This document shows positions 18,829 to 29,081 of a stretch of 64,000 nucleotides of DNA, piece after piece. Below the pieces are notes generated by a model. It was not told where the DNA came from, did not search any database, and saw only the letters and a list, made by a program, of their open reading frames with translations. Source of the stretch: an uncultured delta proteobacterium (GTDB lineage: Bacteria; Desulfobacterota; Binatia; Binatales; Binataceae); contig CAWFAJ010000015.1 in the NCBI GenBank assembly GCA_963813785.1, positions 83,060-147,059 on the forward strand, written 5' to 3'. How positions within the stretch are numbered: the first letter of the stretch is position 1; every line of letters begins with the position of its first letter. The translations under genes and the position numbers were made by a program.

Positions 18829-19824
18829 ATGAGTCAGTTGCAGTTGTCAGCCGGGGATGAGAAGACGCGCGGATTGCATCGCTTTGCGGTGCTGACCGCG
18901 GGGGCTACTTTTTGCCTCATCTTCGTCGGCGGACTTGTCACCTCGACGGGTTCCGCACTTGCTGTTCCGGACTGGCCGCTGGCGTTCGGCAAACTCATTC
19001 CGGCGTGGGAGGGCGGCGTCCGTTTCGAATTCGGCCATCGCCTGGCTGCCGGAACAGTCGTAGTTCTTACGCTGGTGCTGATGGCGTGGGCATGGCGCAC
19101 GGAGCCGCGGCGATGGGTCCGCAAACTTGTGGTGCTGGCGTTCCTGCTGATCGTCGTGCAGGCCGTGCTTGGCGGAATCACAGTGCTGTTCGAGTTGCCG
19201 CTGGCCATCGCGGTTGCGCACGCCGCCACGGCTCAGGCGCTGTTGTGCCTGATGGTATCGATCGCCATTTTCACCAATCCGCGCTGGAGCACGACCCCGC
19301 ACGTCGATGATCCGCCGTCACGATTCCCGCTGCCTGCGCTGGCCGCCGCGATGACCGCCGTCATTTACCTGCAAATTCTGATCGGCGCGGTGATGCGGCA
19401 CATGAGCGCCGGGCTGGTGATCCCCGATTTTCCGCTGTCGTTCGGCCGTTTGGCGCCGCCGTACTGGGACGAGTACATCGCGGTTAATTTTGCGCATCGA
19501 TGCGGTGCGGTGGTTGTCACCGCGATGGTTTTGTGGACGGTGGCGCGCGTGCTGCGGACGCATCGCGAGGTTGGCGCGCTTCGCCGTCCCGCGGTCGGCT
19601 TGTTGATTCTGCTGGTTATCCAGATTTGTCTCGGTGCGATCACAATCTGGAGCGGGCGCGCGGTGCTCCCGACGACCAGCCACGTCGCGCTCGGCGCCGC
19701 AGTCCTGGCGACCAGCCTGACGCTGACCCTTCGTGCATATCGCATCCTCGGAGCGCCGCCTCGCGTCCATGCGATCGAGTCGCATGCGAGTCCGCGCGCA
19801 ATCGAACGGCAGGTGACCGCGTGA
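18829..19824 (+). CDS. ctaA: Haem A synthase (CtaA/COX15 family)
   Basis: 8-TM protein with His pairs in TM helices (FGHRLAAG..., HAATAQALL...). Confidence 0.8.
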   Translation: MSQLQLSAGDEKTRGLHRFAVLTAGATFCLIFVGGLVTSTGSALAVPDWPLAFGKLIPAWEGGVRFEFGHRLAAGTVVVLTLVLMAWAWRTEPRRWVRKLVVLAFLLIVVQAVLGGITVLFELPLAIAVAHAATAQALLCLMVSIAIFTNPRWSTTPHVDDPPSRFPLPALAAAMTAVIYLQILIGAVMRHMSAGLVIPDFPLSFGRLAPPYWDEYIAVNFAHRCGAVVVTAMVLWTVARVLRTHREVGALRRPAVGLLILLVIQICLGAITIWSGRAVLPTTSHVALGAAVLATSLTLTLRAYRILGAPPRVHAIESHASPRAIERQVTA

Positions 19825-20726
19825 ATGCCAGAGTGGCGACCGCTGAATCTGCGCTTACGCTGCCGCACGGCCGCGTCAGCGATTATTTCGAACTGACCAA
19901 GCCGCGCATTGTTCTGATGGTGCTGGTCACGACGCTGGCCGGTTTCTATCTGGGTGGGCGCACCGGATTCGATGTTACGCTCGCGCTCAATCTGCTGGCG
20001 GGTACGGCGTTGGCAGCCGGCGGGACGCTGGCGCTCAATCAGTACGTCGAGCGCGACACCGACGCCATGATGGACCGCACGCGCCATCGTCCGCTGCCCG
20101 ACCTGAGGATGCGCCCGGCCGAAGCGCTGGTGTTCGGCGTCGGCGCGACGGCCGCCGGGCTGGTTTACCTGACGCTCGCGACCAACATTCCGTGCGCCGT
20201 GGTGATCGCCGCAATCACCACCATTTATCTCGGCGTGTACACTCCGCTGAAGCGATATACCTGGATGTGCAACGTCGTCGGCGCGGTTTCCGGCGCTCTC
20301 CCCCCAGTGGCGGGATGGGCGGCGGCGCGTGGCGGCCTCGGGTTGGAGCCTATCGTGCTTTTCGCGATCATGTTCCTGTGGCAACTGCCGCATACGTTTG
20401 CGGTCGCGCGGCTCTTCCGCATCGACTACGCACGCGCCGGCATCCGGCTGCTTCCGGATGATACCGCGCGCGGCGGAAATCCTTCGAATCTGGTCGTGAT
20501 TGCGGGCTGCCTCGGACTCGTCGCGGTGGGAATCATCCCGACCATGCTTGGCTTCGCTGGAATCCCTTACATGGTAATTGCCTCCGCGCTTGGCCTTGGC
20601 ATGTTGATGTTTGGATTTGCGATGATCCGTTCGCCCGGTAATACGCGGGCGGCGCGCCGGGTGTTGCTCGCGTCGCTGGTTTATTTGCCCATCGTGTGGC
20701 TGGTGCTCGTGCTGGATCGCGTGTGA
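19821..20726 (+). CDS. ctaB: Protohaem IX farnesyltransferase (haem O synthase)
   Basis: UbiA-family motifs (NQYVERDTDAMMDRTRHRPLP, WQLPHTFAVA); GTG start overlaps the ctaA stop. Confidence 0.85.
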   Translation: MNARVATAESALTLPHGRVSDYFELTKPRIVLMVLVTTLAGFYLGGRTGFDVTLALNLLAGTALAAGGTLALNQYVERDTDAMMDRTRHRPLPDLRMRPAEALVFGVGATAAGLVYLTLATNIPCAVVIAAITTIYLGVYTPLKRYTWMCNVVGAVSGALPPVAGWAAARGGLGLEPIVLFAIMFLWQLPHTFAVARLFRIDYARAGIRLLPDDTARGGNPSNLVVIAGCLGLVAVGIIPTMLGFAGIPYMVIASALGLGMLMFGFAMIRSPGNTRAARRVLLASLVYLPIVWLVLVLDRV

Positions 20727-20857
20727 GAACCGCCGTGGCCGGCCTGGTTAAACGCGACGAGCGCCAAGAGGGCATCCGGCGGACGCTGAAGATACTGGTC
20801 GGCGTGATGGTTCTGCTGGTAGCGGTCTCACTCGTGACGATTCTGGTGAAGCATTGA
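20723..20857 (+). CDS. Possible small TM peptide (44 aa) between ctaB and coxC
   Basis: GTG start overlapping the ctaB stop (GTGTGA); VRTAVAGLVKRDERQEGIRRTLKILVGVMVLLVAVSLVTILVKH; below the ORF-track cutoff. Confidence 0.3.
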   Translation: MRTAVAGLVKRDERQEGIRRTLKILVGVMVLLVAVSLVTILVKH

Positions 20858-20858
20858 T

Positions 20859-21518
20859 ATGGCGCGCAGCGTGACAGCATCCACCGCGAAAGTAATTCCG
20901 CTGGTGGCGCCGAGCCGGCGCGTGCGGCCGTCCGACTCGAGCGCGGGCGGCGATCAGAGCGAGCGTCCCTTCATCAGCAGCGCGATGCTCGCGATCATGA
21001 TGTTGATCGCGGCGGAGATGATGCTGTTCAGCGGTCTCATCGGCTCATTCCTGATCTTCCGCCTCCAAGCCGCCTTCTGGCCGCCGCCGGCCCTGCCGCG
21101 CCTGCCGATCGCGGTCACCTGGGTGAACACCTTCGTGCTGTTATCGAGCGCGCTCACGATGACGCTCGCGCTGCGCGCGGTGCATCGCAGCCGCCAGCGC
21201 CTGCTGCGCCGTTATCTATTGGCAACGCTCGCGCTTGGCGTGACGTTTCTTGCGGTGCAGGGCAGCGAATGGGTGCGGCTGGTCGCGCACGGCCTAAAGC
21301 TTTCCAGCGGCGTGTACGGAGGCACCTTTTATTTGCTGATCGGATGCCACGGCGCGCACGTGACGGCCGGGGTCATTTGGCTCGCGTGCGTGGCGATGGC
21401 TGCGATGGGCGGCAGGTACAACGCGCGCAACGCCGGCGGGATTGAGGTATGCGCGGTGTACTGGTATTTCGTCTGCGCGGTCTGGCCGCTGCTGTTTGGG
21501 CTCGTATATCTGATGTAG
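20859..21518 (+). CDS. coxC: Cytochrome c oxidase subunit III
   Basis: Subunit-III C-terminal signature FYLLIGCHGAHVTAGVIWL...YWYFVCAVWPLLFGLVYLM. Confidence 0.8.
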   Translation: MARSVTASTAKVIPLVAPSRRVRPSDSSAGGDQSERPFISSAMLAIMMLIAAEMMLFSGLIGSFLIFRLQAAFWPPPALPRLPIAVTWVNTFVLLSSALTMTLALRAVHRSRQRLLRRYLLATLALGVTFLAVQGSEWVRLVAHGLKLSSGVYGGTFYLLIGCHGAHVTAGVIWLACVAMAAMGGRYNARNAGGIEVCAVYWYFVCAVWPLLFGLVYLM

Positions 21519-21527
21519 TTCCCGGGC

Positions 21528-21818
21528 GTGGGGAAAAACGCGGAAGTGAAAAAAATGAAAAATAGAAACCTCAAGGCCGCGGCCATAACGATGGCCAGTG
21601 CGATTGTCGCGGCGGCCCCGCGGCTGGCGAACGCGTGCGCCTCCTGCGGGCTGTCGGAGGACAGTCACGCGCTCCACGCGTACAAGGCCAGCACGCTGTT
21701 CCTGATGATGTCGCCGTACGCCTCGTTTGCCGCGATCGGCGGGATTAGTTACTTCGTTTATCGGCGATCGATCCGCCAGGATCGGAACTCCGCTCCTCCG
21801 ACGATCGAGAAGCGCTGA
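21528..21818 (+). CDS. Hypothetical small membrane protein with CASCG motif
   Basis: Signal/TM-like N-terminus, CASCGLSEDSHALHAY, C-terminal TM helix; inside the oxidase operon. Confidence 0.3.
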   Translation: MGKNAEVKKMKNRNLKAAAITMASAIVAAAPRLANACASCGLSEDSHALHAYKASTLFLMMSPYASFAAIGGISYFVYRRSIRQDRNSAPPTIEKR

Positions 21819-21878
21819 TCGGCGGCGAGGATAGTCATTTCAAGTGAGTACTGCCTATAGCTATTTGCCCCGAAGAGG

Positions 21879-22511
21879 ATGGTTGCGATGAGCGAGGCCG
21901 CTGCAGTAGAGACCCACGATCACGGCGCGCTACACGCCGATCAGTTAGAACCGTCACTTACGCCGGGAAATCTCGGCAAGCTCGGGATGTGGACGTTCCT
22001 GGCCGGCGACGCGATGACTTTCGGCGCCGGAATCGCAGCCTACGGTGCGCTGCGCATCGACAATCCCAACTGGCCGACACCCGCCGACTACCTCGGCATC
22101 ACCACCACCGCGATAATGACCTTCATCCTGATCTGCTCGAGCGTCACGATGGTCGAGGCGCTCGACGGCGTTCAACACGGGATGCAGTCGAAGTTCCAGA
22201 TGTTCATGGCGCTTACCGTCCTCGGCGGGCTCCTGTTCCTTGGGATGCAGGCGTTTGAGTGGCATCACTTGATCGTCGAAAGAGGCATGTCCATCCAGCG
22301 CGACCTGTTCGACGCGAGCTTCTTCATCCTGACCGGTTTTCACGGCTGTCACGTTTTCGGCGGCGTGGTGTACAACAGCGTGCTGCTGATTCGCGGGAGG
22401 ATGGGCAAGATACCGCAGTCGAAAGCCGGGCTGGTCGAGATCGCGGGCCTGTACTGGCACTTCGTTGACCTGGTCTGGATACTGATCTTCACCTTCATCT
22501 ACCTGATTTAG
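21879..22511 (+). CDS. Cytochrome c oxidase subunit III paralog
   Basis: FFILTGFHGCHVFGGVVYNSVLL...YWHFVDLVWILIFTFIYLI, the same family as 20859-21518. Confidence 0.75.
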   Translation: MVAMSEAAAVETHDHGALHADQLEPSLTPGNLGKLGMWTFLAGDAMTFGAGIAAYGALRIDNPNWPTPADYLGITTTAIMTFILICSSVTMVEALDGVQHGMQSKFQMFMALTVLGGLLFLGMQAFEWHHLIVERGMSIQRDLFDASFFILTGFHGCHVFGGVVYNSVLLIRGRMGKIPQSKAGLVEIAGLYWHFVDLVWILIFTFIYLI

Positions 22512-22558
22512 GACACCAGTTTTTCCAACGACTACGATCTGGAGATGAGATTCAAGCC

Positions 22559-22957
22559 ATGACGACGCAAGCTGCGATTCCAGGCTACGAGGCTGATCAT
22601 AGCGGGCCGAACTACATTGCGGTTTTTATCTACCTGGCGATTTTGACCGGAATCGAGCTGGGCGTGTATGCGATCGGTCTGCCGCACGTCGCCAAAGTCG
22701 GCCTGCTGATCGCCCTGGCGTGGGCAAAGGCCGTGCTGGTGGCGATGTACTTCATGCATCTGGCGATGGAAAAAAGGGCGCTGGCAATCATCGCAATTGT
22801 TCCGGTACTGCTGGTCACCTTTCTGTGCTTCATGCTGCTGCCCGATCTGACGACCCGGATGTGGACCAGGTTCGATCACCGGATCAACGTGACGAATCCG
22901 GCCGAGATGGGTGCGAAACCGGTCGCGCCGCCGCCCCGGCCGCTGCCGAACCATTGA
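22559..22957 (+). CDS. Prokaryotic cytochrome oxidase subunit IV (CyoD/CtaF-like) protein
   Basis: 3-TM small subunit pattern (YIAVFIYLAILTGIELGVY...LIALAWAKAVLVAMYFMHL). Confidence 0.55.
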   Translation: MTTQAAIPGYEADHSGPNYIAVFIYLAILTGIELGVYAIGLPHVAKVGLLIALAWAKAVLVAMYFMHLAMEKRALAIIAIVPVLLVTFLCFMLLPDLTTRMWTRFDHRINVTNPAEMGAKPVAPPPRPLPNH

Positions 22958-22981
22958 ACCGTGAAAAACTCGGCAACCTGA

Positions 22982-23452
<471 letters not shown>

Positions 23453-23459
23453 AAAAAAC

Positions 23460-23489
23460 GAGGCGGCCCGCGCCATGCGAACCGCCTCA
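23460..23489. terminator. Bidirectional hairpin between the oxidase operon and the convergent GST gene
   Basis: gaggcgg-N15-ccgcctc stem following an A-run. Confidence 0.5.
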
Positions 23490-23523
23490 ATCTTCTGTCA
23501 TGCTTCGATGATACGAATCGGCG

Positions 23524-24132
23524 CTATGCCTTGGCGCTGGGACGGCTCGATACCGCCTGATGCCATCGCGCGAGGTTCTTCTGATTCGCCTCGACCTTGA
23601 TTCCGGTCAGCCGGCCGAAATCGATTCCGATCAGCGCCGTGATATCCGCAATCGTGTAGCGCGGTCCCGCGATGAATTCGCGATCGGCGAGCACCGTGTC
23701 GAGCCATTCCAGGCGTTTGAGTGCCGCGTTTCGGCAAATCTCGCCGTATTCCTTGACTTGCGGGATGCGTCCCTTGAAGAAATCGCTGGTGTTGCGAAAC
23801 GCGCCCGCCGTCATCATCAAGATCTCGAACTCCATCCGCCGGTTCCACATCTCGACGAGCGCCTTGTCCTTCGCATCCACGCCCATCAGGCGCGGTTCGG
23901 GCTTGGTTTCCTCGAAGTAGCGGCAAATCGCGACCGACTCGGCGATATGGGTGCCGTCGTCAAGTTCGAGCACCGGCACCCCGCCCATCGGATTAATTTT
24001 CAGGAATTCGGGCTTGCGATTGGCGGCAGTAGCAAGATCGACCTGCTCGTAAGGAACGTTGATGCCTTTTTCCGCGAGAAAGACGCGCACGCGGCGTGGA
24101 TTGGGAGCCATGGTGAATTCGTAAATTTTCAT
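23524..24132 (-). CDS. Glutathione S-transferase
   Basis: Thioredoxin-like N-terminal domain (MKIYEF...NPMGGVPVLELDDGTHIAES) plus GST C-terminal helical domain. Confidence 0.85.
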   Translation of the reverse strand: MKIYEFTMAPNPRRVRVFLAEKGINVPYEQVDLATAANRKPEFLKINPMGGVPVLELDDGTHIAESVAICRYFEETKPEPRLMGVDAKDKALVEMWNRRMEFEILMMTAGAFRNTSDFFKGRIPQVKEYGEICRNAALKRLEWLDTVLADREFIAGPRYTIADITALIGIDFGRLTGIKVEANQKNLARWHQAVSSRPSAKA

Positions 24133-24201
24133 AGTTGCAATTTAAAACCGTGCCGTGTGTCAGTCAACTCCAAAAAATCATTGCGCTCAGCCGCGCGACG
24201 G

Positions 24202-24633
24202 TCAGCTCAGCCGCTGGCGATGCCAGGCGAGATAGATCGCCGTGCCGATCGAACCGATCAACGCGATTGCCAGGTAGCCCACGATGAAACCAATCGGGCG
24301 CGGCCCCGGCGGTTGCGTGTACCAGAACAGCACCAGGTTGTAGGGGACGTAGAACGCATAGACGATCGAAAGCGGCAGCACCCACGCTCGCAAGTTCCAG
24401 ATGCCGTGGGCGTAGATGAGGAACACGATGCCGAACAGCGGACCGAGCACGAGGTTGTTCGCGACGCCGTGGAACTTGTGACCGAAGACCACCAGGCCGC
24501 CTACCGCTGGATTGTTGGCGAACTGGAGCGCCTTGGTGAAATCGGAAAGTGCGAGCACGACAAACAGCACCGTCATCACGGTGAGGAACAATCCAAGCGG
24601 CGCGCGAGCGGAATCCGGTTTTTCATTTGCCAT
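24202..24633 (-). CDS. Hypothetical 4-TM membrane protein
   Basis: Hydrophobic ORF, no recognised family. Confidence 0.4.
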   Translation of the reverse strand: MANEKPDSARAPLGLFLTVMTVLFVVLALSDFTKALQFANNPAVGGLVVFGHKFHGVANNLVLGPLFGIVFLIYAHGIWNLRAWVLPLSIVYAFYVPYNLVLFWYTQPPGPRPIGFIVGYLAIALIGSIGTAIYLAWHRQRLS

Positions 24634-24639
24634 GCGCGG

Positions 24640-25422
24640 TCACCCCTTCAGGAATTTTCGGATCGCGCCCACCAGCGCTTCGCGCTGCTCGTACATCACC
24701 ATGTGGCCTGCATTCTTGATGATTTCGAGCCGGCTGTTTTTGATGCGGCTGGTGAACTCCCTGGCATAGGCCGCCGGAATCAGCTTGTCGTCGTCGCCCC
24801 ACAAGAGCAGCGTCGGCGCGGCAATCCGGTAGGCGCGCTTCTTGAGGCCCCGGTCGGGGATCGGCCACAGAAATTTGCCCGCCACCGCCAGCCGCTTCAC
24901 CCGCTCGACGTACATCGTTTCGAGCGCTTTGAAGTCCGACGGTATCGCGGTCATCATTTGCGCCGCCGGCGAATTGGGATCGTGGAACAGCAGCCCCGCA
25001 ATCTCGGTAAGCTGCGCGGCGAACAGGTCGGGAATCGGCACTTCGTCGATCCAGAAACCGGCCGGCGCTATCAGCACCAGCTTGCTGGCGCGATGCACGT
25101 CGAAGGCCGCGACCTCCGCCGCAATCATCCCGCCCATCGAATGACCGACGAGGTTGGCGGTCGGGATCCCAAGTTCATCCATCAACTCGTGATAGAAGAG
25201 CACCGCGTCTGCGATGTCGTCGATATGCTCGCTGCCGGTGGATTCGCCGTAGCCGGGAAATTGCGGCGCATACACCTTGAAGTGCGCCCCGAGGTCCTCC
25301 AGGAACGGCTCGACCGGCATCAGTCCACCCGCGCCGTGCAGGTACAGAAGCGGCTCGCCGCTGCCATAAACCTGCATCTCGAGCGAGAACTTTCCGTTCA
25401 GAAGTTTCTGAGTCGTGTTCAT
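24640..25422 (-). CDS. Alpha/beta-fold hydrolase
   Basis: HGAGG oxyanion region and GHSMGG nucleophile elbow. Confidence 0.8.
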   Translation of the reverse strand: MNTTQKLLNGKFSLEMQVYGSGEPLLYLHGAGGLMPVEPFLEDLGAHFKVYAPQFPGYGESTGSEHIDDIADAVLFYHELMDELGIPTANLVGHSMGGMIAAEVAAFDVHRASKLVLIAPAGFWIDEVPIPDLFAAQLTEIAGLLFHDPNSPAAQMMTAIPSDFKALETMYVERVKRLAVAGKFLWPIPDRGLKKRAYRIAAPTLLLWGDDDKLIPAAYAREFTSRIKNSRLEIIKNAGHMVMYEQREALVGAIRKFLKG

Positions 25423-26720
25423 TTCGCGCCGCGCCCCTCCGCCGCCCCCGGCGCCGCCGCGCGCACCTTGCCGTTGACTTCGGTCTTCTGGAAATGGACG
25501 GCGGCCGGCATCGCGATTTCATCTTGCGCCATCCGCTTCGGCGACCACTTGTCCTCGAAGCCGCTCCACAGGTCGCGCATATACGGCATGACCTCGGTGG
25601 CGAACAGGCTGGTGCTCTTGCGCACTAGTTCCGGAGGCATCGAGCCGACTTGCATGATCATCATCAGATGCCCGCAGTTGAGCGACTTCATCGCCTCACG
25701 CAGACGCTCGCGCACCGTCTTGGGCGAGCCCGCAATCACGAAGCCCTGATCGACAAAGTCCTTCCAGTCGAGACCTTCACGCCGCATCGCCGCCTGCGCG
25801 CCGACCTGGCCCAGCAGTCCAGCCTTGATCGTCTTCACCGTGCGATAGCCCGGAGCGTCGGCGAAGCCGTTATAGACGTGCAGGCAGCGGTTGTAGAAGT
25901 AATCCATGTGCGGGGCGTAGTCCTTCTCCGCCTGCTCGTCGGTCTCAGAAACCGCGACCACCTGCGCGAATCCCAGGCTGTAAGGATTCAACTCCTTGTT
26001 TTTCTTCGCCATCACTTCCCAATAGCCGTCGGCGACCTTCTTGCCCGCGATGTAGCCGAAGTAGGAAAGGAAGCTGTACTGATAGCCGTGGTCGGCGCAG
26101 AAGTCGTAGGTCTCCACCGAGCCGCCGCCGGGAATCCAGATAGGAGGATGCGGCTGTTGGAGCGGTCTTGGCCATAGGTTGACGTAGCGCAGCTTGGTGT
26201 ACTTGCCGTTGAACGAGAAGACATCCTTCGCGGTCCACGCCTTGATTATTAGGTCGTGGGCCTCGTAGTACTTCTCGCGTATCGTGGCCGGGACCTCGCC
26301 GTAACAGAAGTTGGTGTCCATCGAGGTGCCGACCGGGAATCCCGCGACCAGCCGCCCGCCCGAGATCACGTCGAGCATCGCGAATTCCTCCGCGACTCGA
26401 ATCGGCGGATTGTACAGCGCGATCGAGTTGCCGAGCACCACCAGGCTGGCGTTGCGCGTGCGCCGGCTGAGCGCGGCCGCCATGATATTCGGCGACGGCA
26501 TCAGCCCGTACGCGTTCTGATGATGCTCGTTGACGCCCAGCCCGTCGAAGCCCATCGCGTCGGCGTATTCGAGCTGATCGAGGTAGTCATTGTAGAGCCG
26601 ATGCCCGACTTTCGGATCGTACAAGTCGCGCGGGATATCGACCCACACGCTGTGATACTTTTCCTTGAAGTCTTCGGGCAAAAACCGGTACGGCATCAGA
26701 TGGAACCAGGTAAATTTCAT
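25419..26720 (-). CDS. LLM-class (luciferase-like) flavin-dependent oxidoreductase
   Basis: TIM-barrel luciferase-like family pattern throughout (GFDGLGVNEHHQ...LWPRPLQQPHPPIWIPGGG); 4-nt overlap with the hydrolase gene. Confidence 0.8.
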   Translation of the reverse strand: MKFTWFHLMPYRFLPEDFKEKYHSVWVDIPRDLYDPKVGHRLYNDYLDQLEYADAMGFDGLGVNEHHQNAYGLMPSPNIMAAALSRRTRNASLVVLGNSIALYNPPIRVAEEFAMLDVISGGRLVAGFPVGTSMDTNFCYGEVPATIREKYYEAHDLIIKAWTAKDVFSFNGKYTKLRYVNLWPRPLQQPHPPIWIPGGGSVETYDFCADHGYQYSFLSYFGYIAGKKVADGYWEVMAKKNKELNPYSLGFAQVVAVSETDEQAEKDYAPHMDYFYNRCLHVYNGFADAPGYRTVKTIKAGLLGQVGAQAAMRREGLDWKDFVDQGFVIAGSPKTVRERLREAMKSLNCGHLMMIMQVGSMPPELVRKSTSLFATEVMPYMRDLWSGFEDKWSPKRMAQDEIAMPAAVHFQKTEVNGKVRAAAPGAAEGRGAK

Positions 26721-26852
26721 AAGCCTTTCTCCCTCGTGGCATTAGGCCGGACCACTCCCGTCGCGACTGCGCCGGGGCATGGACGGCGACCACCTCCTGA
26801 TCTGAGTGTTTCCCGATTGCGCGAAAAGTGTCAAACGGCCGCAAAGGCGGCG

Positions 26853-27235
26853 TCACTTCGTGATGCTGCGATGGTCGAAGAGGCGGATCGTGTAGCCGTC
26901 GGGATCGCGAAGTTCCGGGCCGTAGCCCCATATCGTCTGCTTTGGTGCGTGCACGAATTTCACACGGTTGCCCTTGAGAGTCGGTAGCGCGCGTCCACAT
27001 CCTCCACTTCGAAATGGATGACGAATCCGGACGCCGCGCCTTTGGCGGGCTTGCCCTGGCTGATCAGCAGCGCCATTCCCCAATCGTCCTCGAGTGCGAC
27101 GAAGCCGTTTTCGGGCACTTCGAATTCGACCCTGAGGCCGAGGTTCTTGACGTACCAGTCGCGCGAGCGGGCCGCGTTGCGGACGTTGATCAGCAAGTGG
27201 TTGAGCTTGGCGTACTTTTTCTTCGCGCGCTTCAT
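26853..27235 (-). pseudogene. VOC-family (glyoxalase-fold) protein split by a frameshift near 27000
   Basis: N-terminal half (MKRAKKKYAKLNHLLINVRN...GFVIHFEVEDVDARY) and C-terminal half (KGNRVKFVHAPKQTIWGYGPELRDPDGYTIRLFD) are in different frames of the minus strand and overlap at 26960-27083. Confidence 0.55.
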
Positions 27236-27547
27236 GCGCGAATCCTAATCAACTGTTGACACGGCGCTCAAGCCGCGTAGTGTTCATTGAGATTCGCCCG
27301 GGGAAGCCGGTGAGAGACCGGCGCTGCCCCGCAACTGTAAGTTGAGCGTCGCGAGAGAGTCGCGGCGCTCGTCGAGTCAGGCGACCGGGTGAATCGATGG
27401 AGCCGAGAGAACCTTCGCGGGAGAGGGAGGCTTCAGGAGTCTTTTCAGCGACTACTGCCGGCGCCGTACTGCCGCGTAGTCGTCCGTCGCTCCTGGCCGC
27501 TTCCATCTTCCGTCCGCGAAGTTTCGGCCCGGCCGGGTATCGACACG

Positions 27548-28465
27548 ATGTTCGACGGACATCATAAAGAGGAAGTTTCAGTGACGCGGAATTGCTTCGC
27601 GCCACGGCGAAGAAAACCCAACGCGGCCGGCGTGGGCGCGATTCCGGAACTTTCCTACGATGCGACCGGGCCGCGCCCGAGTCGTCATGTGGCGTCGTTT
27701 GCAGCTTCGATAGCGGCTCACGCGGCGATTGTCGGTTTGATCGTGTGTTTTGCGGCGCCGGTGGCCACGGCGCCTGGCGATTGGGTTCTCGCCTATCTCG
27801 TCGAAGGGGCAGATGGCGCTGCCGGACGCGGCGGCGCGCGCGCTGGCGCGTCCGAGGCTCCGTCGATTCCCGCGCCGCCGCGTTCGGCACCGCCGCGGGC
27901 CGCTCGCAAACCGCGTCGCCGCGTTGAAGAACCGGATTCCGAAGTCGCCAGTCTGGCGCCGGTGCGCTCGGTCGCGCTCGCGCGATCGGCAGATTCAGAG
28001 CATGACGAGCACTCGCACAATCCTGATGATTCACCGGGGATCGCGTCTGGCTCTTTTTCGGCGACCGTTGCCGGCATCGGCGCCGACGGCACCGCCGCGG
28101 GACCAGGCGCCGGATCGGCGGTTGGCGCCGACAACGGCAATGGCGGCGGCGGCGACGGTGGCGATCCAAATTCGATCGCCCACGCCGATTACGCGGCAAA
28201 TCCGCCCCCCGCTTATCCGGCGATCGCGCGGCGACGTGCGCAGCAGGGCACCGTGACGGTCAGGGTGCTGGTCGGCGCCGACGGCTCCGTGGAGCGCGCC
28301 GAAGTTGCGGATTCGTCGGGCTTCGACGCGCTCGACGACGCTGCGCTGGAAACAGTTCGGTCGCGATGGCGCTTTGTGCCGGCCCGCCACGGCGGAGCTG
28401 CCGTCGAGAGCTGGGTCCTGGTGCCGATACGCTTTGCTTTGATCGAGGCCAACGCTACCCGTTGA
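27548..28465 (+). CDS. TonB-family energy transducer
   Basis: N-terminal TM anchor (ASFAASIAAHAAIVGLIVCFAAPV), Pro/Ala-rich spacer, C-terminal TonB domain (YPAIARRRAQQGTVTVRVLVGADGSVERAEVADSSG...WRFVPA). Confidence 0.65.
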   Translation: MFDGHHKEEVSVTRNCFAPRRRKPNAAGVGAIPELSYDATGPRPSRHVASFAASIAAHAAIVGLIVCFAAPVATAPGDWVLAYLVEGADGAAGRGGARAGASEAPSIPAPPRSAPPRAARKPRRRVEEPDSEVASLAPVRSVALARSADSEHDEHSHNPDDSPGIASGSFSATVAGIGADGTAAGPGAGSAVGADNGNGGGGDGGDPNSIAHADYAANPPPAYPAIARRRAQQGTVTVRVLVGADGSVERAEVADSSGFDALDDAALETVRSRWRFVPARHGGAAVESWVLVPIRFALIEANATR

Positions 28466-28544
28466 GCTTGCTGCTATTGACTGTTGCAGTCGTGCTTATC
28501 TGGAGAAGTCGTGATATAAGCCAAATTCGAGGAGGGTAGGAAAG

Positions 28545-29069
28545 ATGGCTGCGAAACCGTGTACTACTCTGGTGGTGGCGGGGCTGATTGTCGCGGCGAT
28601 TCTCGCGCCCAACAGCGCACGCGCGATCGAGGTCAAGAAGGATATTTTCAAGAACGGCGGTCCTGCCGGTCCGAATGCTGCCGGTCCGAGTGCTGCTGGT
28701 GCCAGCAGGTCGAATCCCATTCCCAAGGCGCAGCAACAGGCGCTCAGCGACACCATCGCGAGCGAATCCGATACCTATCTGAGCGACGAGAGCGAGAAGA
28801 AGGCGTCGGGCAAGGCGTATGTCGATCTCGAGCACGCAAAGTTCTTGTACTTGCCGACGATGAAGGAGGGACACTGGACCGTGCTCGCCAAGCTGCAGGC
28901 GTCCGAGTACACGCCGTCCAAGACCGGCGAGGGCAAAGGCAGGCCCACCGGCAAGCAGAAGATATTGGTATTCAACTACCGTCTCGACGGTGGCAAGTGG
29001 ACCGAAATCGAAGCTCCGAAATGGCAGGATGTCGAAACTAAGGGTGCGGCGGCGCCCGCGCATAAGTAG
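28545..29069 (+). CDS. Hypothetical secreted protein
   Basis: Signal peptide (LVVAGLIVAAILAPNSARA); no recognisable domain. Confidence 0.45.
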   Translation: MAAKPCTTLVVAGLIVAAILAPNSARAIEVKKDIFKNGGPAGPNAAGPSAAGASRSNPIPKAQQQALSDTIASESDTYLSDESEKKASGKAYVDLEHAKFLYLPTMKEGHWTVLAKLQASEYTPSKTGEGKGRPTGKQKILVFNYRLDGGKWTEIEAPKWQDVETKGAAAPAHK

Positions 29070-29081
29070 TTTTTCAGTGAC

